From contig JAZDJP010000084.1 of assembly GCA_043803805.1 (NCBI GenBank), positions 121,462 to 185,461 of the forward strand: a stretch of DNA of 64,000 nucleotides. The letters are read 5' to 3'. The notes beneath the pieces are model-generated. The model was not told the origin of the DNA, did not search any database, and saw nothing but the letters and a program-made list of their open reading frames with translations. Source of the DNA: Planctomycetota bacterium. Its GTDB lineage: Bacteria > Planctomycetota > JAZDJP01. A program made the translations under genes and the position numbers. Positions 8,898-19,800 of this stretch are shown piece by piece (within the stretch, counting starts at the first letter, position 1; every line of letters begins with the position of its first letter).

Positions 8898-10320
8898 CAA
8901 CAAGGTTGACGGCGAAAAAGACCTGACCCTTGCCGCGGACTGGCGCGGGCTGTCGGCCACGATCCTGATGGTGGTGGTTGACGTCGCACTGTACAACCTC
9001 GGGGTTGTCCTGGCGTTTTATCTCCGGTTCCAGGGAATTCCGCCCGATTACAATTTCGATTCCTACCGGAACATCACAACGTTCGTCGTGATCATCCCCT
9101 ATGTGTCCTTTCTGTTTTCCGGGGTGTACGCGATCCGATGGGCGAATGCGCGGGAGGAGGATTTTCTCGTGGTCTTCCGTGGTTGTTTCGTCGCGATGTT
9201 TCTCCTTCTTACGGCGAGTTACGTTCTTCGCGAGGACGACACCGGGCCTTTCCCAACGTCGGTGATTTTCCTGTCGTTCATCACGACCTCGGCGCTCCTG
9301 GCGGGCTGGCGATACGCCTTGAAACGCACCCGCGACGTCGAGACGCTGGCGAAGGGGGAGCCGGTGCGTGTGGCGCTTCTCGGGACGACGGGGGTGGATG
9401 CCGACATCCTGGCCCGCATCGAGCGGAGCGAAATCCCGCGGCGCCGGATCATCGGGTATTCCGGACCCCGGCGGGACGACATCCCGGGTCTGGTCTGGCT
9501 TGGGCCGGTGGAGAACCTCGGCGGGATTCTGGCCGCCCAAAACGTCGGGGGTGTGTTCGTGTCCTCCCGCGATTTCCGGCCGGAGGAGATTTTGCAGATT
9601 GTCCGCGTCTGCGAACATGCCCAGGTGCCCTACGCCGTACTCCCCGGGCTTTACGACATGATCACGAGCCGGGCCTCCGTGGATCTTGTGAACTATGTTC
9701 CCGTTCTGCGCTTTGGCCGGCCGGTCATCGGGGGCTGGCATTCCGTGGCCAAACGCATGATGGATGTGTCGGCGGCGGCGGCGGGGCTGGTTCTCTTTTC
9801 CCCGTTGTTTTGCTTCATATCCGCGGCCATCATGCTGGATTCCCGGGGCTGGCCGTTCTTCGGGCAGATGCGCGTCGGGAAGCATGGCCGGAGGTTCATC
9901 ATGCGCAAGTTCCGGACGATGATCCCCGGCGCCCAGGAGCAGGGCCCTCCCCTCACGCGTCCGGATGACGCCCGTGTCACCCGGGTGGGGCGATGGCTTC
10001 GCCGATTGAGCCTTGACGAACTTCCGCAACTCTACAATGTTCTTGTGGGCGACATGAGTCTGGTCGGCCCCCGCGCGGTCATCCCCTACGTGGCGGATCG
10101 CTTTGACGAATGGGAGAAGATGACGCTCAATATCCTCCCGGGGATTACGGGGCTTGCGCAGGTGAGCGGGCGGGACGAACTCGGCTTCCGGGACAAGGCC
10201 ATGCTCAATATTTATTACATTCGGAACTACTCGTTTATCCTGGATCTTGCCATCCTGTTCAAGACCATCCACGTCGTTATTTCCCAGGAGGGGACGGATG
10301 GAACGAGGACGGATAAGTGA
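8890..10320 (+). CDS. Exopolysaccharide polyprenyl-phosphate glycosyl-1-phosphate transferase (WbaP/EpsL-type priming sugar transferase)
   Basis: N-terminal TM segments are followed by the bacterial sugar-transferase domain MDVSAAAAGLVLFSPLF...RVGKHGRRFIMRKFRTM...DELPQLYNVLVGDMSLVGPR...RPGITGLAQVSGR. 476 aa. Confidence 0.8.
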   Translation: MGDNKVDGEKDLTLAADWRGLSATILMVVVDVALYNLGVVLAFYLRFQGIPPDYNFDSYRNITTFVVIIPYVSFLFSGVYAIRWANAREEDFLVVFRGCFVAMFLLLTASYVLREDDTGPFPTSVIFLSFITTSALLAGWRYALKRTRDVETLAKGEPVRVALLGTTGVDADILARIERSEIPRRRIIGYSGPRRDDIPGLVWLGPVENLGGILAAQNVGGVFVSSRDFRPEEILQIVRVCEHAQVPYAVLPGLYDMITSRASVDLVNYVPVLRFGRPVIGGWHSVAKRMMDVSAAAAGLVLFSPLFCFISAAIMLDSRGWPFFGQMRVGKHGRRFIMRKFRTMIPGAQEQGPPLTRPDDARVTRVGRWLRRLSLDELPQLYNVLVGDMSLVGPRAVIPYVADRFDEWEKMTLNILPGITGLAQVSGRDELGFRDKAMLNIYYIRNYSFILDLAILFKTIHVVISQEGTDGTRTDK

Positions 10321-10329
10321 TGGTGTCAT

Positions 10330-10456
10330 GGCACGAATGATGTGCGATGAAATTCCGAATGTCGAATTCCGAATTCCGAATCAGTCAAACTCTTGAACTC
10401 CGGAACTCTTCTTCGAGACTCCCAGACTCTCCGACTCGCTGACTCGCTGACTTTTT
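10330..10456. repeat. Low-complexity tandem repeats in a convergent intergenic region ((GAATTCC)3 and six or more GACTC/GACTCGCT units)
   Basis: gaattccgaatgtcgaattccgaattccgaatc ... gagactcccagactctccgactcgctgactcgctgac...aagactcgccgactctcaagac. Confidence 0.5.
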
Positions 10457-11566
10457 TCAAGACTCGCCGACTCTCAAGACTTCTTCATAGATTTTCATCG
10501 TATGTTCCACCATCGTTTCAAATCGGTGGAATTGGCGGACGTGGGCGGCGGCGTTTGTCCCGAGCCGGCGCGTCGCTTCGGGATCGGATAACATGCGGAT
10601 GATGATCCGGGCCAGGGCCGCGGGGTCGTCCGGCGGGAAAAGATGGCCGGTCTCGCCATCCCGGATGATTTCGCGGATGCCCGGGACGCGGGTGGCCGCG
10701 ACGGGGATCCCGGCCGCCATGGCCTCGAGAAGCGCGTTCGGCATCCCTTCCCAGCGCGACGGCAAAGCGAACATATCCGCGGTCTTCAGGAGTTGCGGCA
10801 CGTCGTCGCGTTTTCCGAGGAAACGCACGGCGGGGGTGATTCCCCGCCGGCGGGCCTCGTTCTCGAGCGGGCCGCGCCGGGGGCCTTCCCCCGCGATGAT
10901 AAAAATCGCGGAGGGATGCCGGTCCAGCACCTCCGGCACGGCGGCGAGGAGCGTTTCGACGGCCTTCTGGCGGTCGAGACGCGCGACGGTGAGAATCACG
11001 GGGGCGCCTTCCGGGATTCCCAGAGACTCCCGGGAAAGGGGGACGGCCGCGGCGCAGGCGTTCGCGTCGACGCCGTTCGGAATCACGGTGATTTTATCCG
11101 GCGAAATTCCTCCCTGTCGGATGGAGAAGTCCCTTACACCTTCCGACACGGCCAGATTATGGGAAACAAGTCCCTGCGTCATCCGGTCGGAGACGAGATG
11201 CCACCGGCGTTCTCCCTCCGCCACGCGGATGGAGGAAATCACCGCGGGAACGCCGGCCATCTTCGCCGCGAATCGTCCCGCCAGGTTGGCGTGAAAAAGC
11301 CAGGTATGGAGAATAACGGGGCGGAACCGTCGGAGGGTTCCTGCGAGCCGGATTGCCGCGAAGGGAAGCGAGAGGGGAGTCATCCCGAACGACTCGACCG
11401 GGATTCCGGCGTCCCGGAGCGTCGCGGCGAGGGGGCCTTCGGATTTCAGACATCCGACGGCCGGTTCGTAACGCGCGCGGTCGAGGCGGGTGACGAGCGC
11501 GACGAGGGTTTTTTCGGCGCCCCCGGGGTCGAGGTCGGTGATTAAATAATAAATGCGTTCCGCCAT
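10457..11566 (-). CDS. Glycosyltransferase family 4 (GT-B, Glycos_transf_1)
   Basis: MAERIYYLITDLDPGGAEK... N-terminus, with the C-terminal EGMPNALLEAMAAGIPVAAT motif typical of GT4. The start is placed at the internal Met (residue 24 of the track ORF). Confidence 0.75.
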   Translation of the reverse strand: MAERIYYLITDLDPGGAEKTLVALVTRLDRARYEPAVGCLKSEGPLAATLRDAGIPVESFGMTPLSLPFAAIRLAGTLRRFRPVILHTWLFHANLAGRFAAKMAGVPAVISSIRVAEGERRWHLVSDRMTQGLVSHNLAVSEGVRDFSIRQGGISPDKITVIPNGVDANACAAAVPLSRESLGIPEGAPVILTVARLDRQKAVETLLAAVPEVLDRHPSAIFIIAGEGPRRGPLENEARRRGITPAVRFLGKRDDVPQLLKTADMFALPSRWEGMPNALLEAMAAGIPVAATRVPGIREIIRDGETGHLFPPDDPAALARIIIRMLSDPEATRRLGTNAAAHVRQFHRFETMVEHTMKIYEEVLRVGES

Positions 11567-11616
11567 GGAAACCAATTTTAACTGAAACCTTCGGCCGCGC
11601 CGTGTAAAATTCCGCC

Positions 11617-12663
11617 ATGCGTTCGGAAATCCCACCGGAGGCCCTCGGGATAAAAATCCCCGGCGTCCCCGCCGCCCTCATCGCCCAGCATCCCCTGCCC
11701 GAGCGGGACGCCTCGCGCCTCATGGTTCTCGATCGTGCCCGCGGGAATATCGCCCACGCGGCCTTTCGGGACATTTCCCGGTTCCTTCGCCCGGGAGATC
11801 TTCTTGTGCTGAACGACACCCGCGTCCGGCCGGTGCGGATCCTTGGCCGGCGGGCGACGGGCGGAAAGATCCAGGCGCTTCTCGTTTCCCCGGCCGGGGA
11901 GGGTGTCTGGGTTTCGTTCATCCAATCGCGGGGGCGTTTGCGCGAAGGGGAAATATTATTATTCGAGGACCGTATCGAGGCGACGATGGCCGGCCGGACC
12001 CCGGAGGGGATGTTCCTCCTCCGGTTCGGCCGCGACGGAGCGTCGGACATCATGGCCGCGGGACGGGCGCCTCTGCCGCCGTATATCCGGCGATCCGAAG
12101 ATGATCCGTACCGCGCCGAGGATCTCGACCGCTACCAGACGGTATTCGCCCGGGAGCCCGGGGCGATTGCCGCGCCGACGGCGGGGCTTCACTTCACCCC
12201 GGCGCTGCTAAAGGCCCTCCGGGGGGATGGGATCCGGATCGCGACGGTCACCCTGCACGTCGGATTGGGGACATTTCAGCCCCTGATGGAAAATCACCTC
12301 CGCGAGGGCCGGCTTCACCGGGAATGGTACCGCTGTCCGCCGGAGACGCTCCGGGAGGTCCGGGAGGCCCGAAGCGAGGGGCGGCGCGTGATCGCCGTCG
12401 GGACGACCTCCTGCCGTGTTTTGGAGACGGTTTTCGGGGCCCGGGAGCCCGTCATCGAGGGCTGGACGGATATTTTCATCCGGCCTCCGCATCAATTTCG
12501 CGCGGTGGACGCGCTCCTGACGAATTTTCATCTCCCGGGGACATCGTTGGTTCTTCTGGTGGCCGCCTTCGCCGGAATCACGCTCACGGAAACGGCCTAT
12601 GGGGAGGCGGTCCGCCTTTCCTACCGGTTCTACAGTTATGGGGACGCGATGTTCATCGGATAG
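11617..12663 (+). CDS. queA: S-adenosylmethionine:tRNA ribosyltransferase-isomerase
   Basis: LIAQHPLPERDASRLMVLDR...GDLLVLNDTRVRPVRILGRR...GLHFTPALL...GTTSCRVLE are canonical QueA blocks. 348 aa. Confidence 0.85.
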   Translation: MRSEIPPEALGIKIPGVPAALIAQHPLPERDASRLMVLDRARGNIAHAAFRDISRFLRPGDLLVLNDTRVRPVRILGRRATGGKIQALLVSPAGEGVWVSFIQSRGRLREGEILLFEDRIEATMAGRTPEGMFLLRFGRDGASDIMAAGRAPLPPYIRRSEDDPYRAEDLDRYQTVFAREPGAIAAPTAGLHFTPALLKALRGDGIRIATVTLHVGLGTFQPLMENHLREGRLHREWYRCPPETLREVREARSEGRRVIAVGTTSCRVLETVFGAREPVIEGWTDIFIRPPHQFRAVDALLTNFHLPGTSLVLLVAAFAGITLTETAYGEAVRLSYRFYSYGDAMFIG

Positions 12664-12764
12664 TGAACGCGCAATTGAATCGGACGTACAACCCGGGCAG
12701 GTATTGACCCGGGCCGTTTATCCGTTGCAGCCCCGCGCCGACCGTGGTATCATCCGCCGCCATC

Positions 12765-13238
12765 ATGGGAAATGTCAAGGTTCTCGTTCTCCACGGGCCC
12801 AATCTGGACGTTCTCGGCAAGCGGAACCCGGCCGTCTACGGGCGGACCACCCTCGCCCGGATCAACGACATGCTCTGGGAGGAGGCCGACCGGCTCGGGG
12901 TGAGCGTGGAAACGCTCCAGTCCGATCACGAGGGGGTGCTCGTGGAGAAGATCAAGGCGACGGACGCCGGGGCGTTGGTCATCAACCCCGCGGCCTACAC
13001 CCACACGAGCGTCGCCATTCGGGACGCCATCGAGGCGAAGGGGATTCCGGCGGTGGAGGTGCATCTTTCGAACATCCATGCCCGCGAGGAATTCCGGCGG
13101 GTGTCCGTCGTCGCGCCGGTCGCGAAGGGGCAGATTTCGGGATTTGGCGCGGAAAGCTACCGTCTGGGGCTCATCGCCGCGGCGGGGCTCGCGTCCGGGA
13201 AAAAGGCGAAGCGGGCGTCAGGCGCCCGACGCCGCTGA
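12765..13238 (+). CDS. aroQ: 3-dehydroquinate dehydratase, type II
   Basis: [26 protein letters not shown]...[12 protein letters not shown] carries the type II DHQase signature. The start is taken at the internal Met of track ORF 12744. Confidence 0.85.
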   Translation: MGNVKVLVLHGPNLDVLGKRNPAVYGRTTLARINDMLWEEADRLGVSVETLQSDHEGVLVEKIKATDAGALVINPAAYTHTSVAIRDAIEAKGIPAVEVHLSNIHAREEFRRVSVVAPVAKGQISGFGAESYRLGLIAAAGLASGKKAKRASGARRR

Positions 13239-13271
13239 TACACGGGACATTTTTTCATCAGGGGGGATGTC

Positions 13272-13763
13272 ATGGCGAACAAGGCAAATCCGAAAATCGT
13301 GCCGCAGACGGGGATTGTCCGCGAGGTGGCCCCGCTTGTCGAACTCATGAACGCGAACCAGCTCACCGAGGTGGAGGTGGAGAGCGGCGACCTGAAGATC
13401 CGTCTCAAGAAGGGGGTGGACGCGCCTGCCTACACGGTCATGGCGGCCCCCGCCGCCGCGCCGGTTCATGCGCCCGCCGCCGCGCCGGCGGCCCCAATTG
13501 TCCCCGCGGACGATTCGGACAAATACAAGAAAATCGTTTCCCCGATGGTGGGCACGTTCTACCGGTGCCCCCGGCCCGACGCGCCGCCGTTCGTGGACGT
13601 GGGGAAGGTCATCAACAAGGAGACGGTGGTCTGCATCATCGAGGCCATGAAGGTCATGAACGAGATCAAGGCCGAGATGTCCGGCAAGATTCACAAGGTC
13701 CTTGTGGAAAACGGCCAGCCCGTCGAATTCGGTCAGGCGTTGTTCCTCGTCGAGCCGATGTAG
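13272..13763 (+). CDS. accB: Acetyl-CoA carboxylase biotin carboxyl carrier protein
   Basis: Ala/Pro-rich linker followed by the biotinyl domain with the EAMKVMNEI lysine motif. Follows aroQ as in the widespread aroQ-accB arrangement, but no accC follows. Confidence 0.85.
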   Translation: MANKANPKIVPQTGIVREVAPLVELMNANQLTEVEVESGDLKIRLKKGVDAPAYTVMAAPAAAPVHAPAAAPAAPIVPADDSDKYKKIVSPMVGTFYRCPRPDAPPFVDVGKVINKETVVCIIEAMKVMNEIKAEMSGKIHKVLVENGQPVEFGQALFLVEPM

Positions 13764-13822
13764 TTTCGGTTGGACGAAGCGCGATGGCGGATGTTCTGCC
13801 GGGAAATTAAATAGTATTTTAA

Positions 13823-16800
13823 ATGCTAAAGCGGATTCCTGTAGCGATATCGCTGGTTTTGCTCGTATCCTGCGGCGGCGGGGGCGGCGGGGGCGGCCTC
13901 TCCAGTGGAGATCCCGGGGGGGATTCCGACGGGGATGGCGGCTCCGCGGTATATCTTCCCGTCGCCGTGACCGTGGTGGCGCCTCACGGGATAATCGTCA
14001 CGAACGCCGGATCGGTCACAGTCCGCGTCTCATACGTTTTCAAATCCGAATCTCCCGCCGGTGGTTCTTCCCGCGAAACGCCCTTCGCGCGTGCGGCTGC
14101 GTCCGAAGCCTGCCGGCTTGAACTGTTGATGGATGGCGTGGCGGTGTTTTCACGGGCGGTGGACCCGGCGACGAACGGCGAGGCGACGTTCGTGCTGGAC
14201 CTGACGGGAGCGGTCGAAGGGACGCACGCCCTGGCGGCGGCGCTCTCCGGCGGGGGGCGGATCATTAAATCGGCCGACGGGGCGCTCGTGATTGACCGCA
14301 CGGCGCCGTCGGTGGATGATCTTGAGCCGGCATCGGGGCTTTTCACGAATATCCGCAGGCCGGTCTTCCGCGGCCATCTCATGGACGGCTTTTCCGGGCC
14401 GGACGGGGACGCCGTCGAAGTCATTCTTGACGGGACGACGCTTCCCGGCGTTTCCGTGGCCGGGGAGGATTTCACCGTGACGCCGGCGGCGGACCTGGCC
14501 GATGGGGCGCATACGGTGGAAGTGCGTCTTCGGGATCGCGCGGGGAACCGATATTCGCTCGAACGTCAATTCACGGTGGACACGGCGCCGCCGGATCAGT
14601 CTCCGGGACTTGAATCGCCCGCCGCCTCGGACGGGCAGTTTCTGTTTGTGGTGGCCGGCGCGCGTCTGACGGTGACGGGGGCCCTTCCCGTGGACGGAGC
14701 GGGGGTGGCGGTTTCCGTTCCGGCGCCCGTGATTGTGGCGGGCTCCGGCGCGGCCGGCGGGCGGTGGCATGTGGATCTCGACGGGATTCCGGCCGGGGTG
14801 AGCGTCGTCACCCTGCGCGCGGTGGATCGGGCGGGAAACCATGGCCCGGCGATGAATTTTGCCATCACGCGGACGACGGACGCGATTTCGGTGACCGAGG
14901 TGGCGCCGGCCGCGGGGGCGATGGCCGGGGGCACGGCGCTGATTATTCAAGGGCAGGGTTTCACCAGCGACACCGACGTACGGATCGGGGGGGCTTCACC
15001 CGGGAACGTGAGAATCCTCTCTCCCTCGGAAATCCGGGTAGTGGCGCCGGCGGGGGTGGAAGGGGACGCGGAACTCGTCGTCCGGCGTCCGGACGGCGCC
15101 GAGGCGCGGCTCGCGGCGGCCTTTCGGTATTACGATCCGTCACGGGACAGCGACGATGACGGGATTGCCGATTATCGTGATCCGGACCCGCTTGTTCCCT
15201 TTGTTGTCATTTCAGATCCAGCCGACGGGATTCTCACGAATCGGGGCTTCATCGAGTTGTCGGGGGATGTGGATGCCTCGGCCGGGGGCGTTTTCGTCAG
15301 GAATATCTCCATGCCCGGCGCCGCCGCGGCGGCGGAGATGGATGCCGGGGGACGGTTCCGGGCGGCTGGGGTGCCTCTGGCGGCTGGAGAAAACATCATC
15401 GAGGCGCGGGCCGTGGACGCGCAAGGGGCGTTCGCGGCCCGACACCGGATCACGATTCGCGCGGATCGCACATCGCCGGGATTGACGCTTTCGCCGCCGG
15501 GCGGCCGGGTGCTCGATCAGGCGCCGGGGAATGTCGCGGCTCTCGCCGCCACCTTCACGGAATCCGGGTTTTCGGGAGGCATGGCGCCGGCGACATTCCG
15601 GGCGTGGCGGGTTTCCTGGCGTGATTTATCCCGGGTACTCCAGTCCGACGACGACGGGATGATCGCGGGGATCCTGTGGAATCTCGGTCATTTATCCTGC
15701 GATATCCTGTCGCTTTCGGTCACGGAACTCACGGGACGGTTTTCCGCGACGGAAACGGGCGCGACGCTCACAGATGCCGGGGAGGCGGGGTTCGAGAAGT
15801 TCCGGAAGAATGTTGTGATTGGCATTGTGGCCGACAAGGCGGGGAACGTCTCGTTCGCGTCGGCCGATTATGCCGTGGACGATATCCGCCCGACGGCGGT
15901 GATCCAGATGCCGGTCGCCGGAGGGGTTTACCCGTCGGACCAGGCGATTCCCGTGACGGTGCAACTCGCGGATGATTTCTCGGGGCTCAATCTCGCCGGG
16001 CTGGAGGTTGTGCTCAATGGGGACGATGTCACGTCCGTGACGGGACCTGTTCTGGATCCGCCGACGGGCGGGCCGGGGACGCCGGTCCTGGCCACCACGC
16101 TCCGTTTCAACATCCCGGCGGAACTTATTTCCCCCGGGGCGAAGAATTATCTGGAGATCACGGGCATCCGGGATCACGAGAACAACGAAATCGCGGCGGG
16201 GGTCGTTTTCGTGGCGGACGCCATCATACCCTGTGATTTCATCAATGTATGGTCGGATTTCAGTCGAAACGAGGTGGTGGTGACGCCGGGGGAGGAGGAC
16301 ACGTCGGTCACCGGGCAAGGCCTTTTTGCCATGGGCGTGGAAGGGGCCGATCTTGGCGTGGCGGGGATCGTCCTGGATCGTATATCCATGGATACGTGTC
16401 GCCTGATTGTGACGGGTCGGAGGCCGGGAGTGTTCATCTGGGATCCATTTCCCTTCATGGTGGCGGGTCCTTGCGCCGTGGAAGAACTCCTTGGGGTGAT
16501 GGTCAAGGGCGCGCGTTTCGTGAAAGCGCCCTCCCCCGACGTGATATCCCCCGGGGTGCGGCTGGGGATCGTGGAGGGGGAGATTCTCCAGGCATCCGGG
16601 GCGGACTCAACCGACATGGCCACGGTGGAATTTGGGGGAGTGGTGGACGATTCCCTCGGCCGGGAGTTCGAGGGCGCCGGCCCGACGGTGATTGATGGAT
16701 CGGGGAGATCTCTGCCGCTGACGGCGATTCATTATCCGGATCACATGCACACCCGGATTGACGGCACGGTGGGGCGGGAGACGGGGCGGTATGAATTCAG

Positions 16801-19800
16801 GGGATGTTTTCCGCTTCGCCGCGGGAGGAACACGCTTGTCTTCCGGGCGAAAAACGCCCTCGGACGCTTCGGTGTCGCGCGGGCGGGAATCGAGGTGACG
16901 GATCGCGATGGGGATCCGCTTACAAATGATTTTTCCATCCGTGTGGCGCGCGTGGAAAACGCCGCCGCGGTGGAGGGGGAAATCGGCGTGGCGGAGGGAT
17001 ATTTCGGCGCGGGTGATGACAAGACTCTTCACCTGCGCCTCCCGCGGGTCGGGGGGGACATTCTCCTGGCGGGAACCGACTCCGCGCCGTTTGCGGGGGC
17101 CGTGGTCCGCTCCGCCCGGTTCGTCCTCCAGAGGGAGGGCGATGTGGATCCGGCCGGCATCATGCCCGGATTGCCGGTATTTCTGGTGCGGGCGGGGGAT
17201 CGAATTGAGGTGGCCTCCGCCGGGTGGACGGAGGGAACCTCGGTGCGGCTGGCGGACCTGGCGTTCGCGGGGAATGGCCGCGCGGCGTCGGTCGTTCAGG
17301 ACGGCGCCTCCCTGAAAATCACCGCGTCCCTCGGGGATGCGGAACTCGAGGCCTATGAAGTCGTGTACGGGCCGATTCCGTCCGTTTCGGCCTCGGTGAA
17401 AAGTTTCGATTCACGGGGGATTGTCCCGCCGAATGCCGCCGGTGAGACGCCCTACACGCAGACGGTGACGTTGTCCCGCGTCCCGGGAACTCCGGTGTTC
17501 CGGAGCGACGCGGTGATGTTCCAGACGGGCTCGTCGGGGGCGGGGATGCGTCATCGGATGGCGCCGGAGGGGCGCATCACGGTCACGGCGGACTTCCCGC
17601 CGGGAATTCCCGACCTGTCGCGATCGGTCGCGGCGGGGGGGTATCGTTCGACGCTCCAGGAGGCCGTGACCGGCAACACGCCCGAAGGCGGCCGCGGGGT
17701 CCAGCTTCATAACGGCGAATTTGTGTATTCGGCGACGGACCTCGCCGGAAACACCGCGTACGGGCCCGGGTTCGCCTTCACGCGGACCTATCGAAGCCGG
17801 ATCCACCATGACGGTCCGCTCGGACACGGCTGGGATCATGTTCTGAACCAGAGGATGGTCGCGCGTGACGAGGACGGGGACGGCGACATGGACGTCGTGT
17901 TTTATGACGGCTCCGGCCGCCGGGACGTGTTCACGGGGGACGGCAACGGCGCATTCCTTCCTCCTCCGGGGCGGTACGAAAAATGGGATGTCGCGGCGGG
18001 AGAAGCGAGGCGTCTCATTGGGGACGGATCGGTGTGCCGATACGTGGGGCTGGCCGCGCGGCCCGGGGAATATGTCCTGGATTCGGTGACGGACCGGTGG
18101 GGGAACCGCCTTTCACTGTTCCACGACGCGGCGGGGCGGTTGGTTCGCGTGAACGATCCCCACGACCGCGACACCGTTCTCCGGTATGAGGGGAACGGCC
18201 GGATCTCGGAAATCGAGGACTTCGCCGGACGGATCGTCACGTTCACCTACGACGCGGCGGGGGATCTCGCGCGGGTCGAGCATCCCGACGTGGACGCGGA
18301 GGGGATGGGGCATATCCGGCCGGCGTGGCGTTACACCTACGAGACCGGGGACCCCGACCCGGCGCGGAATCACAATATGACGGCCGTCACCTCCCCGCGG
18401 GGGAACGGAGTTTTGGAAAACGAATATGATTCCAGCGACCGCGTGGTTCTCCAGAGGACGGGGCCGGCCCTGACGGAATTCGCGTATCCGGCCGGGGAAA
18501 CCCGCGTCACGGACCCGCGGCGGCAGGTGTGGAAATTCGTCTGGTCGGCGGGGCATCCGGAACTGGCCGAAAGAATAATTGACCCGACTCTGGCGATGAC
18601 CTATTTCGAGCACACGGCGGATCTCGAGACGGGGGTGGTCATCCGGCCTCTCGGGAACAAAATCGAATACCGTTACGACATCGCCAGCCCGAACCCGGTG
18701 AAGCGCGGGAATCTTCTCGAGACGCTGATTTCGCCCGACGCGCGGGGGACGGGGGGGAGCGGCGCGGTCCTTCGGACGCGGCTCACCTGGACGGCGGCGG
18801 CGGATTTCCCCGGCGGTCCCGGGGCCGCGGAGGATTGGAACTTCGTGAAGACGTCGGAGGACGAGGCGGGATTTGTCACGACATACGATTATGACGCGGC
18901 GGGAAACCGCGTCGCGGTCCGGCCGCCCGGGGTGACGCTTTCCGACGGGCGGAAGGACGATCGCACGGTGCGGTATCGTTTCAATTCCCGGGGACAGGTG
19001 GAGGCCGTCCGCACGCCGGACGGGGCCATGACGTGGCACGAATATTATCCCTCGAACGGCCGCCCGGCGGACCCCTCGGACGCCGAGGGATTTCACCGGC
19101 GGGAGATCCGGTCGGTGGGGCGCGGCTACGACATTGCGTCGCCCGTTCCAACGAATCCCCGGGAAAGCGCGGACTGGCTTGTCACGGAATACGCGATGGA
19201 TTCGCGGGGGAATTGTGTCACGGTGACGGACGAAACGGGGCGGGCCTCCCTCCGTGTGTTCGACGCCCTTGACCGGTCGGTGGAGACGCTTTCCCCTCCT
19301 GTCTTCGGCGCCGCGAGGAACCGGACCCGGCAGTATTTCGACGCCGACGGGAATTCCGTCCGGACCGTGACCGAGACGCCGGTGCCCCGGGACCCCGGGG
19401 GGACTGCCCACGATGTTCACACGAGCACGGTGACGCGCACGGTGGACGCCTGGGATCGGGTTCTGGAAGTGAGCGAGGACGGGCGGGTGACGACGTACGC
19501 CTACGACGCCGGCGGATTGCAAATCATGCGGCGGATGCCGTCCGGGATCCGGCATACCACCGGATATGACGCGCGGGGGCTTCCCGAACGGGATGTGGAC
19601 GGGGACGACGACGATGACGCCGCGACGGCGCCGGCGGGGGCGCGTGTGGTGGAGATGGCCTGCGACGCGAACGGAAACGTGATCGGGACGAAGGAGAACA
19701 CGGTTCCGGTTTCCGAGCAACGCCACGACGGCTACGACCGCCTGGAAACAACGCGCGATCCCCGGCGGGGGGCGCTTGTCCGGCAGTGGCGGGACAACCG

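Noticed and set aside
8842-10329. 495-aa minus-strand ORF opposite the priming sugar-transferase gene
   Set aside because: Shadow ORF. The plus-strand product has clear sugar-transferase motifs and the minus-strand product is R/P/G/H-rich with no motifs.
10643-12053. Overlapping ORFs 10643..11545 (+) and 11157..12053 (-) across GT4 and queA
   Set aside because: Opposite-strand and off-frame artefacts of two well-supported genes.
12599-13810. 403-aa plus-strand ORF spanning the aroQ and accB region
   Set aside because: An Arg/Gly-rich off-frame read across two genes with strong family signatures.
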